A stretch of 63,468 nt of DNA, counting the filler, from Welwitschia mirabilis (Eukaryota), in assembly GCA_051453625.1 (NCBI GenBank). It is 5 parts of one record of this genome, joined end to end, with 100 filler letters (N's around TTAATTAATTAA, not from the genome) between each part and the next. Parts side by side here need not be neighbours in the genome. Positions count along the whole stretch, not along the records: positions 35,834 to 51,739 come from JBOZIK010000001.1; positions 51,840 to 55,438 come from JBOZIK010000001.1; positions 55,539 to 63,468 come from JBOZIK010000001.1; 2 more parts are not named here. One strand, 5' to 3'. How positions within the stretch are numbered: the stretch's first letter is position 1; each line of letters begins with the position of its first letter. The position numbers and the translations under genes are program-made. Below the pieces are notes generated by a model. The model had not been told where the DNA came from and did no database searches. It worked only from the letters and a program-made list of their open reading frames with translations. Positions 50,301-62,677 of this stretch are shown piece by piece.

Positions 50301-51739
50301 CTACCATTATCTAAATTTTTCATTAGCTAATTTTTTTGCTAATTTTTATGATATCAATTAAACATCTTTTACTTGACTAATGTTTTACTTCATGAAGTTA
50401 CCATGATTTGTAAATATTTTACTTAGGTATTTTTAATGATAAGATTGACTTCATCCAGTCTTCAAATATTCATATGTCTATGAAATTTATTTTAAAAGAA
50501 GATGCCTTGATTCTTTCATTTTCTTTTAATGATGTGAGTAATTAGTTATTTTAGCATGTTCTTTCTTATTATTTATCTCCTTTCTTATATCTTAAAACAT
50601 GACCCCCATGATGTCCTACCATAAGTGCACCGAGGCAAATATTCCCAAAAAAGGCCTTTGGTTATGTGATATGGTAGCTGTAAGAACTCCATTAGGGGGT
50701 TAGTTGGCTATGCTGTGCAGGTCCCTACTCCTTTAAAAGTGGTTGCACTCCCCTCATCATATAGAATAAAATTGTACTTAGAGGCTATAAGATCAGTAAT
50801 ATCCCTAGTATTATCAAAGGCATTGCTTATTTTCTAGACTTATTTTCTTTATTTATTTATAGTAATTCTATATGATCACTTTACTTTTTTGGATTCTAGT
50901 ATTGTTTTGAGATGATAATTTGTAAGTTCCTATTTTAATAACTTTTTATCTTATCATTCATTATTTGATAACAGTAGACATACTTGACATTGTCATAATC
51001 ATTGCCTATTCATTTGGAACTTTATGAATTTTTACATTATATCATGCATCATTATCAAGTGATTTTATGATTATTTCTAAATGACTTTGCTAGGGTGGAA
51101 TTTTGGGTAGATAAGCAATCTTTTTCATGTTCCTAGTTGTTCATTTTTCTTATGTTTTTCCTTAAGTTGCTTGTTTGGAATTTTCACTCATAGATTTTCT
51201 TTATAAGAGTTATTTTTCTTTTTAGCACTTTCAATTAATGCATTTCTTTCACTTTGATTATTGTATTTTTTTGTTTTATGCTAATGTTTTTCTATTTAAC
51301 TTTTGGTTTTGCATACATCCACTTATAGATCTTGAATCCTCATAGAGTTTGAAATACATTTACAGAATATTTTTAAGCCTTGCTATCTTTTACTTAATGC
51401 ATTATTATGGTATCATAAGTCTTTTTCTTCATGGTCATATTTTTTAGGATGATTCTTCACTTTTTACCTTTCTTCTGTTTTTCTGCTGCTTTTCCACTAC
51501 TTGCTTGCTATCAGATTTTTTTTTTTTTTGGAATTTTTCTAATCTGTCTAAACATTTCATTAGAACACTATCATCTTATGTCTGTCATCTCCATGATAGA
51601 AAAGATGATAGTTATTTTTTTTTACTTTGTATAACCAGGATGTCTTGCTTTTCCTATGGGGGGTAAGATACCTCTCTGAGCTTTCTTCTATGATAATATG
51701 CAAAAATTTATAATTTTTAAATTTTAAAGGATTACTTTG

Positions 51740-51839
51740 NNNNNNNNNNNNNNNNNNNNNNNNNNNNNNNNNNNNNNNNNNNNTTAATTAATTAANNNNN
51801 NNNNNNNNNNNNNNNNNNNNNNNNNNNNNNNNNNNNNNN
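51740..51839. other. Artificial scaffold joiner N44-TTAATTAATTAA-N44
   Basis: Same 100-nt construct. Confidence 0.97.
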
Positions 51840-52124
51840 ATAACTGTCTCATTCATGAATTGTTTAATAAAGATCTCTTATACTTGATTCCAACTATGAA
51901 GGATTTTGTGTTTAATGGTTTTAAGCCAATTTTTCACTTTTCCTCTTAGGTAACTTGAAATATAATCATGTAGGTTCTATTTAAAATTTTGTTTTTTTCC
52001 TCATTTCTTGAAGTGAGGATGAGTTATTCAATTTCAATTATGTATTAGAATGGGTCTTCATTAAATTATTTAGAAAAGGTAGGATAGGCATTTAAGTTCT
52101 TTAACTTCATATTATCTTTGGTAG

Positions 52125-55100
52125 TGTTGCACTACCAAATTATGTGTATTTGATAGGGTATTTTTAGGAGTTTCATAGGACATTAGGTAGGTTTATACTG
52201 AGTTTTGATGATAATGGAGAGCAAGGCAAATATCACAAAAACATGTAACCTTCATTACATTTGATACTATTTAAAGCAAATTACAATACTTCTTATTTAA
52301 AGCAGTAATTCTGCAATCAAAATGGCTGATCTGACATAAGAAACATCTTTACAAAGCCCATCATCCTTATCATCTAAACAATTGTATGGATGACAGAAGT
52401 ACTTGTTTTAACTAGAATGCTTACTAGACTAATTTGGTAGCTGATGTGGATCTTGTATGATGTGGCATTATTTCTTGTGATGTCCAGACAACTAGGAGAA
52501 TAACATTTAAATATAATTATTTACCAAACTTCACCAAACTTTCACCATGTATCTTATACCTTCTCGTGGGGCTATTAGGATTTTACTACATCTATTAGTA
52601 TTTGCTATTTTTGGAGTCACTATTTGTAAGAATTACCTTCTTTTTCCTCAACTCCAACTTCATCTTCTTTAAATCGAAAATTCTTGTAACAGGATATTGA
52701 AGGGTAAGAGATCCATTCTTTTTGCTGTATAAAAATGTCTTTCTTGATATTGGATTGTGTATCCTTCATTAAGATGCTATTGCTTTATAACATGGATGTT
52801 TGCTCAAAGTAATCAAAAATTTTTTTTTCTTTTTATATCNNNNNNNNNNNNNNNNNNNNNNNNNNNNNNNNNNNNNNNNNNNNNNNNNNNNNNNNNNNNN
52901 NNNNNNNNNNNNNNNNNNNNNNNNNNNNNNNNNNNNNNNTTTATAACATGGATGTTTGCTCAAAGTAATCAAAAATTTGTTTTTCTTTTTATATCTTTTG
53001 TTATGTGCATCTCTTTTTTGGTTTATGTTATGATCCTATGATAGATTCATCTATGATGTAGATCACAAGAGTAACCTTTATTAATGTTGGTATTATTAGT
53101 TTAGCTACATTACATTTCATTTCCTAGATGAGCTTTGCATTATTTTCATATTCTATTTGATGCAATGGATAGCTTAGGTTGGTCTTGATCTAGTGATGGC
53201 TTTTATTGATTAATCTAGTTTATATAAAGCTAATTTATTTGATAGGTTGATTTGGTAATTTAATAGATGTTACATTTAGAATAGATCTTGGATCTTATTT
53301 GTATAGTATGTTTATTTTTATTATTTACTTTGCATTGTTATTTTGTTCCCCTTAAAAAGTGCATAGGTATTTCATTTGAAATTAATTCTCTTTTTTCTCA
53401 TCTATGCCTTTGACAGAATTATGAAATTTAAGTCCACTCCTATTTATATTAGTATGTTATACTATGCAATATATATTTTGATGATTTTTAGGATTTGTTT
53501 AAGGATGCAACTTCCATAAATATGCACAATAACATATTGGCATCATTACTAAGGAAAAATGATTAGAGTTTAAGGATTGCCGTTGCTCAGATAAGTAGTA
53601 TAGACTTTGGTTTAGATATTTTTCTATGGTAGCATTTTATCTTTATAATAGGAATAATGCTTTATCATCCCCCTTTTTATCTAGATGATATGTAGTGATG
53701 GTGACTCATGAAACTAGGTTTTTTTGTTTTCATAAGAACTAGGATTTTTCCTATCATTTCCTCTATCGTTTAGATGACTTAGTGGATGATTATTAGGTTT
53801 TATTTTGTGTTTTTTCATGATTCTATTTTTTTGTTTTCTTTTTTGATTTTTTGTGTTTTTTATTGTCCAATTACATCATCTGGTTAACTATTGAGACTAC
53901 ATCTATAGAAATAGAACTAAGCATACTGGAACATCATACAATTACCTAAAAATATAAAATATTAGAGAAAGCTACTATTAATTAAAGAAAACATCCGAGA
54001 AGGTTTGATCAACTATGATCTAAACTTAGATATGCATATCTTAGGTATGCAAAATATTCTAAGAATTGAGCAAGAAGTTTTTTCTATGTTTATTATTTCT
54101 AAATCTAATTTCTTCAAAGAAAATTTTTCAAAAGAAGGTTTAGAAGAAAATAGTTTTATTGCAATTTTGAATTCTATTCACAAACAGAAATAAGTAGCTT
54201 TACTTAATCCCCAAATTATGATAGAAAACTATAATACCCTTGTAAATCCAAATGCTAATGTTACTGTTAAAGAACTAATTGCAAATAAAAAGTGTGAAAT
54301 CTAGAATCCTTTTGACCTACCTCCTAGTAATAATATTGAGTTAAGAAATCTAAATGCTTATCCTATTTTTAATGGATAAAATGATGAAGATCCCTTATAA
54401 CATATAGTTGACATCAAACAATTAGTGCTTACTTCAGGAAATGCTAAAAAACAAATTAGTGATCGCACTTATATGATTATCTTTCCCATCAAATTAAAAG
54501 AAAAAGAAAAATTATGGCTAAGAACTATTTTACATAAAATCTAAAAAACACAAAACCAAGTTTAAAAAGCTTTTATAAAACTATTTATAGGCAAAACAAT
54601 AATAAGACAAAGAAAGAAAGAAGTAAGAAATTTCCAACAACAACCTAATGAAGATTATGCCTCCACTAATGAATGATTTTTTATTGCAATTCATTATAAT
54701 CCCATTAATGCATTCACTCAAGAAGAATTAATAATTTATTTCTATAGTGGAGTTAATAGCCAAATAAATAACTTGTAGACTTTTCATTTAGTAAAAATTT
54801 AATGAATCTGACATTAAAAAATGCATGAAAGTTGTTGGAAGAACTAGTGAAAGTAAGTCAAACATAATCTAAACTAATATCTCAAGAAAACCATACTATA
54901 GAATAAATAATAAAATAACTTATAAAAGTTAAACAAGAAAAGAAGAAAGTAAAAACAGAAAAAGAACCAATAAATGTAGTTAAGGATTTCACAAGAACAT
55001 TAGAAACATACACTCTAATGCTTTTATATGTAAATGTGGAAACTAAAAAGAATGGAGTTGTAATTTTTGATTTGTATGAAGAAAACTATCATGTGACTAA

Positions 55101-55438
55101 ATAATGTCCTTTATTGCCAACTTAAAAAGAGAAAGTTTATGAAAAAGTATGTTCTTTCAATCCAAAGTTTATGAAAAATAATACCAAAATTAATTTCAAC
55201 CTAAATGAATGGACAACCTAACTTTCAATCTTTTGAAAAAAATTTTAAGACATTTCAATAAGTCATCCAAATTTTTAACCATTTAGAAATAGAATAGAGA
55301 ATGCTAACTTTTAATCAAACAACTCAAACTTCCAACTAAGTAGATTAAATTGTCAAGCAAACATATTAAATTATCAAAATTAAAATGATCCACTTAGAAA
55401 TTTCATTGATAAATTAAGAAAATATTAAAGTACGACTA
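52125..55438 (+). mobile_element. Athila-lineage element: 5' LTR (52125-53534), PBS (53538-53555), degenerate gag
   Basis: LTR start TGTTGCACTACCAAATT; PBS TGGCATCATTACTAAGGA; gag NIELRNLNAYPIFNG*NDEDPL*HI...IFPIKLKEKEKLWL at about 54330-54530. Confidence 0.85.
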
Positions 55439-55538
55439 NNNNNNNNNNNNNNNNNNNNNNNNNNNNNNNNNNNNNNNNNNNNTTAATTAATTAANNNNNN
55501 NNNNNNNNNNNNNNNNNNNNNNNNNNNNNNNNNNNNNN
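55439..55538. other. Artificial scaffold joiner N44-TTAATTAATTAA-N44
   Basis: Same 100-nt construct. Confidence 0.97.
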
Positions 55539-57213
55539 TAGCCTTTAGAAAGTGGTTGGTGTATTACATAACCCAAAAGGTAAAACTTTAAAGGCATAAG
55601 TACTCCATTTGCAAGTAAACATAGTTTTTACTTGGTCTTTAATAGCATTGGAATTTGGTTGTACTCACTATACTCATCCAAAAAACTATAGTATTTATGA
55701 CCAAAAATTCTTTCTAAAACTTGATTCATAAAGGATAAAGAAAAATGATCCTTATAGATAGTAGTATTCAGTGGTCTAAAATCTACACATACTTTTCATT
55801 TCTTAAGAACTACTATCACAGAACTTACCCATTATGAATTAGAAATAGAGTAGATAAATCCTACTTTTAATAGCCTTAGAATTTCCTTTTTAATTACATC
55901 TTGCATATGAGGATTACATCTCCTTTATAGTTGCCTTAAAGGCTTTACTATGATATCTAAACAATTTTTATGCTGACAGATTGTAGGGTCTACCTTAGTA
56001 ATGTCTTCATGAGTCTAAGAAAAATTATTACTTCATTTAGCTAATACCTTTTTAATTTTATATTTTGAGAATGATTTAAATTTTCCTTGATAATTAAAAA
56101 TCTATTTTTTTAAATTTCAATGTATTTCAAACCTTCTTCAAGAGAAGGTTTCTCAAGTCCCTCTTATTTTTCTACTGGTTTAATAGTCAAGGAATAATCT
56201 CTTCTGTTAACTTCTTATTCTTATAATAATTGATAGGCTTTTTTCATGAGGATCATGTTAGCACTATACCCTTTATTAGTAGAGGAATGTTCAATTTCTA
56301 CCTCATTAGATATTTTGATTTGTTGTACCACGTCTCTTAGATTAATCTCCATTACTACTTTTCTAGAATAAATAGTTGCATTAGCTATTTCCATTTAAGG
56401 TATTCCTAGGATGATAGAGCAACTATTACCTTTTGTATTCATGACCACTGAATTTACCAGATATCCAAATTTTCATAGTTCTATTAAAGTATTCTCCATT
56501 ATTCATTCTGGCTTTATTATAGAGCTATCTGCCATGTAAACTTGTCCATTATATGGAGTTAACTAAGGACTTCCAAGTTGTTTAAATATGTCATGGAAAA
56601 TTAGATTAATACTTATCCCTAAATCTACCAAATATTTTATTTTATAGGCATTCTAAAGGATTATATCCAACTGCTAGTATTCCAGGGTTATTATACTTCT
56701 TAATTTGATTTTCTTACAAAAAATTTAGTAGAGGCCTAGGATACCTAAACTATTTTAGATGGTTCTTTTACCAATTGTTCATCAATAGTTTTCTTTTTAT
56801 TTTTCATACTCCCCTCTTTAATACACAACTTATTCATTTGCTTTTAGTATAAGTAAATATCTTTCAACATTTTCACTAAAGGTAAGGTAATTGAAGTATC
56901 TTGTAGAGCTCTGATAAGATATTCTTCATTTTTTCCTTCTTTCTTTAAAACATTTTTTATTATTTTAATCCTCATTAAAAATAGTAAACAGTCATCTATA
57001 TCGCCTTCTATTGAACTATTTTCAATTATGCTTTCATTCTCTTTAGTTTTCTTCTCTTGTTTAGGAGGCAAAAGATGGCTCCTACCTGATTTAGTTCTAA
57101 TAACTTTACAACTAGCTTTTATTATATTTGATTAGGGTTGTGTAGGTATAAAAAGTTATTTAGGTTTTATTCCTTTATTTAGTATTGATGGTAACTAAAT
57201 TCTCTTTCTCTAT
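55539..57213 (-). pseudogene. Ty3/Gypsy gag end, protease and RT N-terminal remnant
   Basis: Motifs: KTMFTCKWSTYAFKVLPFGLCNTPTTF, LLKVGFIYSISNS*WVSSVIVVLK, VCVDFRPLNTT (RT), YLVDLGISINLI (protease), ALQDTSITLPLVKMLKD. Confidence 0.88.
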
Positions 57214-60200
57214 TGTTGCACTACTAATTTGTGGTTATTTGATGGGGTTTTATGAGCTATTTTGTAGGACATTTGCACAGTTCAGATGCAATTCTGAGGA
57301 TTTTGGAGAATCAATGGAAGATCTCAGAAACGTGTAATTCTTGGCATAATTTGAGGCATTTAAGACATATTTTGATGCATAAATCTATGGAGGAAGATTA
57401 CTGATAAGAAGGCTAGTTTCTCCTCAATGAAATGAATAAAGAAGACTATTATCTCCTCTGTTGTCCATACAATAGGCATGACGATGACACATTTGCATGT
57501 TGATGTGAGCTGCTAAGATACTACTGAGTCATTTGATAAATCATCTTTTTTAATAAGATGTCATGACATATGTCATCTGGATGATAGTTAGGATGAACCC
57601 TATAACTGACTCTAATAGTCGATCTTAATCATTTCATTCATTTCTCTTCTATAATGAAGCATGTTTTAGAGCACCTTTTGTTATTATTTTCTACTGTGTA
57701 ATCCTATAAATAAGACCAATTTTGACTCTCCTCTCTATATTTAATGCACTAAAAATTCTTATGACAAGATATTGAAGGATGGGAGATCCATCTTGAAAGT
57801 TGTAGAAAGATGTTTTCTTGGTGGAGGGCTATGCATCCTCCATTGAGGTCCAACCATTTTATAACCCAAATGTTTGGTTCCTTTTAATGTAAAACTCTAT
57901 TTATTTCTTATTGAATTTAGATTTGTTATATGTTCCTTATATTTTATGATGCTATTAATCTGATGACAATTTCATTGGTGATATAGATCTTAAGAGTAGC
58001 CTTTATCAAGGCTGAAAGAAAGAAGTTTAGTTTTATTTTGCATTACATTTAGTTAGTTGCATTTTGCATTTGCATTGCATCTTTTATGTTTTGCATTGTT
58101 CTTTAATTTTGGTTACTTTACTTTGTTAAAAATCAATTCTTATTCTTCTCTTATAAGCCTTTAATGAGATACAACATTCGGATTCAATCTCATTCATACT
58201 AGTGTGTTGTATTATGCAAGATATCTATTTTATTTATAAATGATATGATATTTTTGAGTATAAATATTTGTATAAATATGCACTATAATAAATTAGCATC
58301 ATTGTCAGGAAAGGCTATTGAGGAATACAAGGGTTGTCATCATTCAGATGAGTACATTAGATTTTTATTTGGTTATTTATCTATAACAATGTTATATTTT
58401 CATTAGGAACCATAGGTTTTCTATTTATAGTTTTTTAGTTTCAATTTTTAGTAGTAAAATCACCATTGTCTCCTTTATTGTCCCTATAAAAGTTAGGATG
58501 ACTACCTATATTTTAGTTTTTATTTTTGGTTTTTATTTTTGGATTTTAGTTTTTCTATAATAAAATTAGTCTTTTTTGTTTCCTTTATCATCTGGACGAT
58601 CAGGAGAATGATAGCTAGTTCTTTTAGTTTTTAGCTTTCTGCTCTATTCAGTTTCTATTTTTTTCTCTTTGTGTCATTGTCCCTTTTGTCATCCCCATGA
58701 TAGTCAGGACAACAGTCTGTTGTTTTTAATCTTATCTTCTATTGTTTTCAATTTATAAGATGCTGTGATATGATCAACCTAGAAAAGAAATATTAGAGAG
58801 AAAGGCTATTGATAGAGAAAAACAATAAATAAGGACTAGTAGAAATAAAAAATAAATCAAAAAAGCAATCTCCACATGCATACAATCCTCCTTTTAAATT
58901 TATTTTTTCTGTATTAGTCCCTATTAAAGAAAATCTTGTAGGAGGAGAAAACTAGTTTACAATATCAAAATCAAGTTTTAGGATTTTCAGCTCCTAATCT
59001 TAATGCAAATCTTACCTTGAGGGAATTACTAGCCAATAAGAAATAAGAGATTCAAACCCCTTTTGATTTATTTCTAGGAGACAATGTTGAACTAAAGAAC
59101 TTAAATTCCTATTTAACCTTTAATGAAGAAGACGATGAGGATGCCCTTCAACATATTACAGATATAGAACAATTAATTCTTACCTTGGGGAATGGAAAGA
59201 AAAAATTAATAATAAAACATACATGGTAATATTTCCCATGACATTAAAAGAAAGGGCTTGAAATTGGCTGAAAACAATACCTCANNNNNNNNNNNNNNNN
59301 NNNNNNNNNNNNNNNNNNNNNNNNNNNNNNNNNNNNNNNNNNNNNNNNNNNNNNNNNNNNNNNNNNNNNNNNNAAAAAACTTTCAACAAAAATCAAATGA
59401 GGATTATGCTTTCACATATAAACATTTCTTTGTAGTAACCCATTCTAATCTAATAGATGCTTTTTAATGAGAAGAACTAGTTAACTACTTTTATAGTGAA
59501 CTAAATCCCCATATAAAAAAATTGTAAACTTCTCTTATGATGGAAACCTTATGAATATTACATTAGAAAGATGGCTGGACAAAATTAGAAGAACTTGTAG
59601 AGGTTATTCAAACTTAGTCAATACCTAAAGAAAATTATATTATAGGCTAACTCATCAAAGATCTAAAAGAAGTCAAATAAGAAAAAGAGGTAGAATATAA
59701 CCTTTCAAATCTAATGAGATATTTTACAATAACTCTAAAGAAATATATTGAAATGATTTTAGATGCCAAATCTACAACTANNNNNNNNNNNNNNNNNNNN
59801 NNNNNNNNNNNNNNNNNNNNNNNNNNNNNNNNNNNNNNNNNNNNNNNNNNNNNNNNNNNNNNNNNNNNNNNNNNNNNNNNNNNNNNNNNNNNNNNNNNNT
59901 TCAACAAAAATCAAATGAGAATTATGCTTTCACATATGAATCCTTCTTCATTTTCCTCTACTCTAATCTAATAGATGCTTTTTCAAAAGAAGAACTAGTT
60001 AACTAATTTTATAGTGGGATAAACCTCCACATAAAATAACTTGTAGACTTCTCTTATGATGGAAACTCTATAAACCTCATGATAGAAAATGATTAGAAGA
60101 TTTAAGAATAACTTTTGGAGATAAGCCAAACTTGACCAACATCAAAATAAAATTGCATTGTAGGCCAACTTATTAAATATTAGAAGGATGTTAAACACAA

Positions 60201-62677
60201 AAATAAGGTAGAAGACAATGCTGTAGATCTAATAGGAATTTCATAACAACTCTACAGAAGTATAGGAAAATGCTCTTAGATGTTGAATAATTAACTGGGA
60301 AGAATGTTATGCTAACTTATGACTTATGTGAGGATAATTATCACATTACCAAGGATTGCCCACTCTTATCAACATACAAAAAGAAAATATATGAAGAAGT
60401 TTTCACCTTTAATTAAACATTTCCAAACTTTAGAAATCAAAATTAGGCACAACCTAGGTTGAATAAACATTTTCAAAATAACTTTCAACCTTTTAAAAAT
60501 TGATTCAAAAACTCAAACTTTCATCTGAATCCATTAAATTTTCAACATCAAGATAATTCTTTTCAAAACTCTATTGTTAATATTATGAAATTACAAAAGA
60601 AACATAATGCTAACATTAAAACTTAGTAAATGTCCTTTAACAAACCATGTTGGTAAACCAAAGACCTTAAGAAACATTAGCTATACAACCTTTATCAATT
60701 CCTAATAAAATAAGAAAAGATTGTAAAGTTGTGACAAGAAGTGGATAAGAAATAAATCCTCCTCCTTATAAAGCATCAACGCCATAAAATAACATTCAAG
60801 ATAATGAGGAATAAGAGAAAGACATTGAAATATTACAAGATTATAACTTCCCTTCTCTTAGTAAAAATAAAAAGAAAAAATATTCACAAGAGTAATCAGT
60901 CACTCCTTGGCTTGATAGGCTTAACAATAATTCAACTTTTAACAAACATCTTAAAGCCTTGATGAAAAATATAAGCATAAAATTATCCTTTTAAAAACTA
61001 TTACAATAAAATATAAGGGACTTAAAACTATTAAAAAAAATGGAAAAAACAAGTTATTCATAGCAAAGTCTTTCTAGCATAATTCCTCATGAATTTAGTG
61101 TTACAAAAATATTCCAAATTTAAAGATCCAGAGATAGTAATAGTGAATGTTACATTAGAGGAAAATAAAAATATTAGAAAAGATTTAGTTGACATTAGAG
61201 TAAGTGTTAATATCATGCCACTATACATTTGCAAGAGACTTAGTTTAGAGGGTAGAATACAACCTACTTAGATTCTTTTAGAGGTAGCAGATACTTTGGT
61301 TAAGAAACTCTTAGGGTCATAAAAGATTTAATGATCTAAATTAAAGAGGTTTGCTATCCAATAGATGTAATTATCATAGAAGTTGAACACAATAGATGAT
61401 ATATATTACTTATAGAATGAGCCTTCTACATAATAGCCCACTATATTATTGACACAAGAACTAGAATGATAAAGTGTCATCTAAGAAATAAAATGTTTAC
61501 CATTAGAGTTTTTGATATAGCTGATAAAGATATAGGTGATGATGAAATGGACTTAGAAAATAATATTAAACCAACTTTATTCCTCCAACATCATTTCCTT
61601 GGATAAAGAGAGTCAACATTACATGATCCTATACGTTATGATGACCTAATTAAAATTAAAAACTTAGAAGCCATTGAAACATTCAACTTTAAGAATGAAG
61701 AAGAAGTAGAACCTTTAGATGATAAGAGAGTCCAACTATTAGATAAAAACTCATACCTTAAGGGAGATTATCCACTGCATGAGCTAGAAATTAAAAATCA
61801 TAATTTGAATTTGAATTTGAATATGAAAAATCTATCTAGTGGACCTAAACATGTTTTTCTTTATAATGATTAAGATAGAACTCTTATAGTTAATGAAAAT
61901 ATTTTACTAGAGTTAATATTAATCTCTCCTTTGACTTTCAAAATTTCTACTTTGATACGGTTTCATAGAGTTTTATCTGTTATCCCTCTTTTCCTCTAAT
62001 TAATTCTACTAAAAAGTAGTTGTATACCTTTTATGTTTTATCAATTGATAAATATCTTGTTTGGGCCTTATTTCTCTGAATGAATGCAATATCTTTAGAT
62101 CATCAAAATAGATCCCTTTCTTTTTTTTCAAATAATAGTATTAAATAGATTTTAATATTTGAATAAATTTACTTGCTTTGGTATTTTTTTATTATTATTA
62201 TGATATTAACTTTGATTTTATTTTCAAGATTTCTATTTCAGTTTTCTATGTATGTTATCCCTTCTATCGCCTCCATAATAATCAGGATAATAGTATCTAT
62301 TTTTTAATTTCTATTTTTAGTTTTTTTTAGATCTCTACTTTTTATTTTTACTGTATATCTTTGTCATCCTCTCTGTTTTTTGGATAACTAGAAGGATGAC
62401 TATTAGTCATTTTGGTTTTTTGTTATTTTGAGAAAATACATTCTAATGGTCTATTAATATTTCTAACTTAACCAATTAACAATTTTAGAAAGTTAATGTG
62501 TGAATCTTGGAAATACATGATCAACCATCTGAATTTTCTCTTATCTTTTTCCTTTGGAGGCCATTATGATATTACTTGATCATCTGTTAAACATGAATTA
62601 CATATTTATTTTCATGATTAGTCCTTAACTTAAGCTCTTTATAGTGATAAGATTAGATTCAACTAATAGTAAGTCAC
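57214..62677 (+). mobile_element. Athila-lineage element E: 5' LTR (57214-58290), PBS (58294-58311), gag and protease, no RT/RH/INT
   Basis: LTR start TGTTGCACTACTAATTT; PBS TAGCATCATTGTCAGGAA; gag DDEDALQHI...IFPMTLKERA*NWL; protease DLVDIRVSVNIMPLYIC. Coding similarity stops at about 61910. Confidence 0.85.

Larger units (their letters stand above)
39352..51739 (+). mobile_element. Head-to-tail tandem of a non-autonomous Athila-lineage element (family C): LTR-internal-LTR-internal
   Basis: LTR1 39352-41052, PBS 41056-41073, internal region, PPT-like AGGCTAAGTAAAGGGCTA, LTR2 46019-47372, PBS 47376-47393, then a second internal region colinear with the first up to the scaffold end. No pol motifs in the sequenced parts. 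Confidence 0.9.

Noticed and set aside
50703..50750. Twister ribozyme resemblance (GGTCCC.A..CC...TAAAAGTGG is similar to the rice twister)
   Set aside because: It lacks the conserved UAA of L1, the AAGCCC of L4 and the catalytic GAG segment. Copy 1 (44340-44365) differs at the matching bases.
50611..50755. 5S rRNA-like words (TGCACCG, AGAACTCC, GTTGCAC) suggesting a Cassandra-type 5S capture
   Set aside because: Spacing is inconsistent with 5S rRNA, and no A/C box internal promoter is recognisable.
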